A stretch of DNA of 64,000 nucleotides from Desulfobacterales bacterium CG2_30_60_27. GTDB taxonomy: Bacteria; Desulfobacterota; Desulfobulbia; Desulfobulbales; CG2-30-60-27. Each line of letters starts with the position of its first letter. The first letter of the stretch is position 1. Below the pieces are notes generated by a model. The model was given only the letters and a program-made list of their open reading frames with translations, had not been told where the DNA came from and did not search any database. The translations under genes and the position numbers were made by a program. The DNA is taken from contig MNYK01000110.1 of the NCBI GenBank assembly GCA_001873115.1, positions 23,118-87,117 of the forward strand, written 5' to 3'. Positions 59,507 to 64,000 of the stretch are shown here, piece by piece.

Positions 59507-59592
59507 GTCGAATGTAACTCCCTAATTCGCTAATTTCTCGTCTCAACAATCAACTTGCCGCCGTAATTGACGCAGCAAAAAAAGTAAAGCAC

Positions 59593-59620
59593 CATATAGA
59601 AATTCCCCATGATTCGTCAA
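59593..59620 (-). promoter_or_regulatory. Candidate sigma-70 promoter for lysC
   Basis: Minus strand reads TTGACG - 16 nt - TATATG, about 85 nt upstream of the lysC ATG. Confidence 0.35.
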
Positions 59621-59658
59621 TACATTCTTCGGCCTGTCCACCTTGTGAGTTAAAGCGT

Positions 59659-59808
59659 TTAGACTCCGTCCTCTTTCGGTATTTGTTCGGATTCCTCCGA
59701 GGGCTGGTCACTTTGTTTTTCCAGCTTGCGTTGCTTTTTTTCTTCGTTCTTTTTTTTCTTTTCCAATTCTCTTTGGCGCTTCTGAAATTGAAAATTTGGT
59801 TTTGCCAT
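59659..59808 (-). CDS. Small Lys/Glu-rich ORF (49 aa, MAKPNFQFQKRQRELEKKKKNEEKKQRKLEKQSDQPSEESEQIPKEDGV)
   Basis: Hand-translated because it is below the track cutoff. AGAGGTGA RBS 6 nt upstream. It uses a different frame from the listed 121-aa ORF 59550..59915. Confidence 0.4.
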   Translation of the reverse strand: MAKPNFQFQKRQRELEKKKKNEEKKQRKLEKQSDQPSEESEQIPKEDGV

Positions 59809-59911
59809 GTTGTCACCTCTTGCAGAAGATAGGGTAAATATCCGAGCCCGGAGGGCTCGGCAAGGAGCAAAGGGGCCGCTGGAACAAAGTCAGAAGTAGA
59901 AGGCTTGCACT

Positions 59912-62599
59912 TCAACCCTTCTCAATCTCCCGTAATCTGACCATGCTTTCCCTTATCTTGGCCAGTTTGGCCACGTACATCTCCTGCTTGTCGCGTTCCT
60001 TGGCCACCACCTCGTTGGGGGCGTTGGCCAGGAACTGCTGGTTACCGAGTTTACTGGTGATTTTATCGAACTGCACCTGGTTCTTGGCCTGTTCCTTGGC
60101 AAGCTTGGCAATTTCCTGGGGGACGTCCACCAAGCCGGCGATGGGCACGAAGATCTCCACGTCCTGATAAAGATAGGAGGCGGCGCCCTTGGGCCGTTCG
60201 CCTTTTTGGCTAACAGTAAGATCGCCGGTGCGGGTAAGGGATCGTATCGAGCCTGCCAGGCCTTCGAGAGTAGCCACCTTGTCAGGATCGTGACAGACCA
60301 CGGTAGCCGCTATCTCGGCGCCCGGGTGGAACATCATCTCGGACCTGATGTTGCGGATGCCGGTGACCACCCCGATGAACAGGGCGGTGTCGGCCTCGGC
60401 CAGGCCGTTTTCCCAGTCCAGGCGTATGGTGGGGAAGGCCTCGGTCATGATGGAGGTGCGCTCACCGGGCAGCACGGACCAGATCTCCTCGGTGACAAAG
60501 GGGATCATGGGGTGCAGGAGCTTCAGCAGCGCCTCCAGCACCGCGAAAAGCACCCGGCGGGCCGCCAGTTTAGGCTGAGCGTCGTCGCCGTAAAGGTCGG
60601 ACTTGATCCATTCCAGATACCAGTCGCAGAATTCGTGCCAGACGAACTGGTAGAGGGCCGAGGCCGCGTCGTTGAAGCGGTACTCATCCAGGGTCCGGGT
60701 GACCTCGGCCGTGGTGGCGGACAGCCGGGAGAGAATCCAACGATGCGGCAGGGAAAGCCGGTCCGGATCAAGATGTCTGGCCTCTGGCGGGGGGCTGTCT
60801 TTGATATGCAGCAAGGCGAAGCGCGAGGCGTTCCAGATTTTGTTGATAAAGTGCCGGTAACCCTCGATGCGCTCCTCGCTCAGGCGGATATCGCGGCCTT
60901 GGGCGGCAAAGGCGGTCATGGTGAAACGCAGGGCGTCGGTGCCGTATTTGTCCATGACCTCCAAGGGGTCCAGGACATTGCCCTTGCTTTTGCTCATCTT
61001 GGCGCCGTACTGGTCGCGCACCAGGGCGTGCAGGTATACGTCGGTGAACGGGATCTCACCCATGAGGTGGATGCCCATCATCAGCATACGCGCTACCCAG
61101 AAGAAGAGGATGTCGAAGCTGGTGATCAGCACCGAGGTGGGGTAGAACATGGCGAGTTCCGGGGTCTTGTCCGGCCAGCCCAGGGTGGAGAAGGGCCACA
61201 AGGCCGAGGAGAACCAGGTGTCGAGCACGTCGGTTTCCTGGGTGAGCCCGGTGCTGCCGCACTTGGGACATTTTTTCGGGGTGTCGCGGGCCACGATCAG
61301 TTCACCGCAGCCCTGGCAGGTCCAGGCCGGGATCTGGTGGCCCCACCAGATCTGCCGGGAAATGCACCAGTCACGGATGTTGTACATCCAGTCGTAGTAG
61401 GTATTTTTCCATATCTTTGGCAGGATGCGGGTACGGCCCTCCCGCACGGCCCGAATGGCCTCCTGGGCCAGGGGCTTAACCGCCACGAACCACTGCTTCG
61501 ACAGGGTTGGCTCCACCACGGTCTGGCAGCGGTAACAGTGGCCGACGCCGTGCTGGTGGTCCTCGATTTTATCTATATAACCTTGGGCGGTGAGATCGGC
61601 CACCACCTTGGCACGGCAGGCGAAGCGGTCCATTCCGGCGTAAGGGCCGGCCGCCTCGTTCATGACGCCGTTGTCGTCCATGACCTTGATGGCGGGCAGG
61701 TTATGGCGCCGGGCGATCTCGAAATCGTTCAGGTCATGGGCCGGTGTCACCTTGAGGGCGCCGCTGCCGAACTCCCGTTCCACATGGGTGTCGAAGACCA
61801 GGGGTATAGTCCGGTTGGTCAGGGGCAGGATCAACATTTTCCCTGGCAGGGTATTATAGCGCTCGTCGGCAGGGTGCACGGCCACGCCGGTGTCGCCCAG
61901 CATGGTCTCGGGCCGGGTGGTGGCGATGATCAAGGCGCCGTTGCCCTCGGCAAAGGGATAGCGGATGTGGTAGAGCTTGCCGTCGGTGGGCTCGTGCTCC
62001 ACCTCCAGGTCGGCCAGGGCGGTGCGGCAACGCGGGCACCAGTTGATGATGTAGTCGCCCTTGTAGATCAAACCCTCGTCGTAGAGGCGCACAAAGACCT
62101 CGCGCACCGCCCGGGAGAGCCCGGCGTCCATGGTGAAGCGCTCCCGGTCCCAGTCACAGGAGCAGCCCAGGCGTTTCAACTGTTTGATGATCTGGCCGCC
62201 GGATTCCTCCTTCCACTGCCAGACCCGTTCCACGAATTGCTTGCGACCCAAGTCGTGGCGGCTGGTGCCCTCTTGGGCCAGTTGCCGCTCCACCACATTC
62301 TGGGTGGCGATGCCGGCGTGGTCGGTGCCCGGCACCCACAGGGTGTTATAGCCCTGCATGCGGCGGCAACGCACCAGGATGTCCTGCATGGTGTTGTTCA
62401 GGGCATGGCCCACGTGCAGCACGCCGGTGACGTTGGGCGGCGGAATGACGATGGAGAAGGCGGGCCTGCCCTCCTCCATGGTGGCGACGAAGAGCTTCTG
62501 TTCTTGCCAGATGCGCGACCACTTGGACTCCACGGTGGCGAATTCGTACGCCTTGGCAAGTTCGTGGCCACTGGCCTTTTCTGGGGTTGTCTCACTCAT
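59912..62599 (-). CDS. valS: Valine--tRNA ligase
   Basis: HVGH (HIGH) motif PPNVTGVLHVGHAL, KMSKS, CP1 editing domain, C-terminal coiled coil. 895 aa. Confidence 0.95.
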   Translation of the reverse strand: MSETTPEKASGHELAKAYEFATVESKWSRIWQEQKLFVATMEEGRPAFSIVIPPPNVTGVLHVGHALNNTMQDILVRCRRMQGYNTLWVPGTDHAGIATQNVVERQLAQEGTSRHDLGRKQFVERVWQWKEESGGQIIKQLKRLGCSCDWDRERFTMDAGLSRAVREVFVRLYDEGLIYKGDYIINWCPRCRTALADLEVEHEPTDGKLYHIRYPFAEGNGALIIATTRPETMLGDTGVAVHPADERYNTLPGKMLILPLTNRTIPLVFDTHVEREFGSGALKVTPAHDLNDFEIARRHNLPAIKVMDDNGVMNEAAGPYAGMDRFACRAKVVADLTAQGYIDKIEDHQHGVGHCYRCQTVVEPTLSKQWFVAVKPLAQEAIRAVREGRTRILPKIWKNTYYDWMYNIRDWCISRQIWWGHQIPAWTCQGCGELIVARDTPKKCPKCGSTGLTQETDVLDTWFSSALWPFSTLGWPDKTPELAMFYPTSVLITSFDILFFWVARMLMMGIHLMGEIPFTDVYLHALVRDQYGAKMSKSKGNVLDPLEVMDKYGTDALRFTMTAFAAQGRDIRLSEERIEGYRHFINKIWNASRFALLHIKDSPPPEARHLDPDRLSLPHRWILSRLSATTAEVTRTLDEYRFNDAASALYQFVWHEFCDWYLEWIKSDLYGDDAQPKLAARRVLFAVLEALLKLLHPMIPFVTEEIWSVLPGERTSIMTEAFPTIRLDWENGLAEADTALFIGVVTGIRNIRSEMMFHPGAEIAATVVCHDPDKVATLEGLAGSIRSLTRTGDLTVSQKGERPKGAASYLYQDVEIFVPIAGLVDVPQEIAKLAKEQAKNQVQFDKITSKLGNQQFLANAPNEVVAKERDKQEMYVAKLAKIRESMVRLREIEKG

Positions 62600-62602
62600 G
62601 GG

Positions 62603-63646
62603 TTACAGCACTCTCCACGGTTGCGGTAAAAAGATGGCGGTATAAAGGCCTAAAGCATAGCGATCGGTCATGCCGGCCACGAAGTCGGTCACCCGCCGTT
62701 CCCTGGAGGTGTCGGCCGGATATTCGATCACCGGCTCCCAGTGGTCGTCATGCTCCATGAAATAGCCGTACAGCTCGCGCAGCACCTTCATGGCCTTGAT
62801 GAAATCGTTGTGCACCTGATAGGTTTCGTAAACATTCTTGTAAAGGAAGGCGCGCAGGTCGGCAATGCCCGTCATGGCCGCCGGGCTCATGGCCAGCCGC
62901 ACGCCACCGTTGGCCATCGAGGTGTGCACCAGATCGCATACCATGGTGCCGATGCGCTCCGAGTAGGTGGTGCCGAAAAGGTTGCGAAGAGCGGTGGGCA
63001 CCTGGTCCCTGCTGATCACCCCGGCCCGGATCGCGTCATCCAGGTCGTGGTTGACGTAGGCGATGATGTCGGCCATCCGCACCACCCGGCCCTCCATGGT
63101 GACCGGCAGTTCGGTGAGGTCGTCGGGCAGGATCTCGCGGCGGCCCTTGGAGTGCTTGAGGATGCCGTCGCGCACCTCGTATGTCAGGTTTAATCCCAGC
63201 CCCTTGTCCTCCAGGAGGTCCACCACCCGCAGGCTCTGTTCGTAATGATTGAACCCGCCGGGACAGAGATCGTTCAAAACCGATTCGCCGGCGTGCCCAA
63301 AGGGGGTATGGCCGAGATCGTGGGCCAGGGCAATGGCCTCGGTGAGGTGGCCATTCAGGCGCAGGGCCACCGAGATGGTGCGGGCGATCTGCGAGACTTC
63401 GAGGACGTGGGTGAGCCGGGTGCGATAATGATCGCCGGCCGGCGCCAGGAAGACCTGGGTCTTATGGGTGAGCCGTCGGAAGGCCTTGCAGTGGATAATC
63501 CGGTCCCGGTCCCGTTGGAAGGCCAGGCGTATGGGACACTCCTCCTCGGGCCGCTGGCGGCCCCGGCTGTTCCTGGTGAGACAGGCGTGGGAGGAGAGGT
63601 TGGCCGCCTCCTGCTCCTCCATCTGCTGGCGGATGGACAGGGTCAT
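62603..63646 (-). CDS. dgt: dGTP triphosphohydrolase-like HD-domain protein
   Basis: RTRLTHVLEVSQIAR and LAHDLGHTPFGHAGE HD motifs, about 345 aa short form. Confidence 0.85.
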   Translation of the reverse strand: MTLSIRQQMEEQEAANLSSHACLTRNSRGRQRPEEECPIRLAFQRDRDRIIHCKAFRRLTHKTQVFLAPAGDHYRTRLTHVLEVSQIARTISVALRLNGHLTEAIALAHDLGHTPFGHAGESVLNDLCPGGFNHYEQSLRVVDLLEDKGLGLNLTYEVRDGILKHSKGRREILPDDLTELPVTMEGRVVRMADIIAYVNHDLDDAIRAGVISRDQVPTALRNLFGTTYSERIGTMVCDLVHTSMANGGVRLAMSPAAMTGIADLRAFLYKNVYETYQVHNDFIKAMKVLRELYGYFMEHDDHWEPVIEYPADTSRERRVTDFVAGMTDRYALGLYTAIFLPQPWRVL

Positions 63647-63765
63647 GAAGCCTCAAGCGATGCTATGGTTATGGGTCAGCCTGCCCGTGCGGGTTGCATC
63701 GGATTCACGTTTCACGGTTGGTTTCTTCGCTCTCCAACCTTGAACCGTGAACCTTGGAACTTTGC

Positions 63766-63779
63766 ACCTGAATAGTTAC
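63766..63779. repeat. Solo family-B-type terminus (ACCTGAATAGTTAC)
   Basis: 13/14 match to the right TIR ACCTGAGTAGTTAC. The upstream ~60 bp carries CACGGTTGG / CCAACC..CCGTG inverted repeats but no left TIR. Confidence 0.4.
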
Positions 63780-63852
63780 GTTTTTTGACCGATTCCCTTG
63801 GCTTGGCAAAAGCCATACGGCTTCCCGAAGATAATGGGTAACGGGCCGCTGG

Positions 63853-64000
63853 TCAAGGGGATTCCCCATCCTCTAAGCGGGCCTCGATTTCCTCGATCTT
63901 TTCCTGGAGTTCCTCCCAGCGCGCCAGGTGGCGTTTTAGCCGGCGCCCGAGTTCGCCGTATTCCCGGCTGCGGGCGGCAAAGGCCTCCTGATCTTGGTAG
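63853..64000 (-). CDS. 3' end of a gene running off the window (C-terminal coiled coil ...EYGELGRRLKRHLARWEELQEKIEEIEARLEDGESP*), possibly an ABC-F ATPase
   Basis: Hand-translated open frame to the window edge, ending at TGA 63853-63855. The product guess rests only on the ABC-F-like C-terminal helix. Confidence 0.4.
   Translation of the reverse strand, partial: YQDQEAFAARSREYGELGRRLKRHLARWEELQEKIEEIEARLEDGESP

Noticed and set aside
59507-59660. A possible lysine riboswitch (L-box) in the lysC leader.
   Set aside because: The ~150-nt leader lacks the conserved L-box elements, with no AGAGGCGC or GGGAGUA-type junction sequences. Only a weak promoter and a short imperfect hairpin are visible.

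Overview
High-GC (about 60%) bacterial chromosomal segment. The gene content suggests a Desulfobulbales-like deltaproteobacterium: sigma-54 regulators, multiheme cytochrome c, PEP-CTERM protein, DUF4911-purB, CimA, Mla/MCE and Moco genes. That taxonomic placement is inference only. Coding density is high and mostly on the minus strand. No rRNA, tRNA, CRISPR array, transposase or integrase gene was recognised. Housekeeping genes: rarA, cfa, udg, rnhA, rlmN, serC, miaA, pgsA-like, recJ, purB, miaB, cimA, lysC, valS, dgt-like. Accessory and regulatory content: (1) At 18.3-28.8 kb, a REC-PAS histidine kinase and a sigma-54 enhancer-binding protein sit upstream of a near-consensus -24/-12 promoter. 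That promoter drives four tandem paralogous ~71-82 aa single-TM proteins ending at an intrinsic terminator. An FtsH paralog, a GAF histidine kinase and a membrane multiheme cytochrome operon follow. This is my best candidate for an undescribed system. (2) A promoter, cobalamin riboswitch and terminator unit has no normal cargo gene and points antisense into udg. (3) A Moco riboswitch precedes moaA, moaC/B, moeA and a MOSC gene, next to a Tat-exported ~1060 aa molybdopterin oxidoreductase. Its ferredoxin subunit has lost exactly one Fe-S cluster and no membrane subunit gene is present. A PhnD-like binding protein, an HK and a NarL-type RR lie alongside it, resembling a split TtrS/TtrR. (4) At least two MITE families share GTAAC termini and have 8-bp target-site duplications (about 13 copies or fragments). 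Two further TIR elements are present. Several elements donate stop codons to host genes or sit inside operons and promoter regions. (5) Unusual domain fusions: an LVIVD propeller-TSP3-cyclophilin lipoprotein and a CarS-like membrane domain fused to a metallophosphoesterase. All function calls rest on motifs I can read in the translations. No database search was run.
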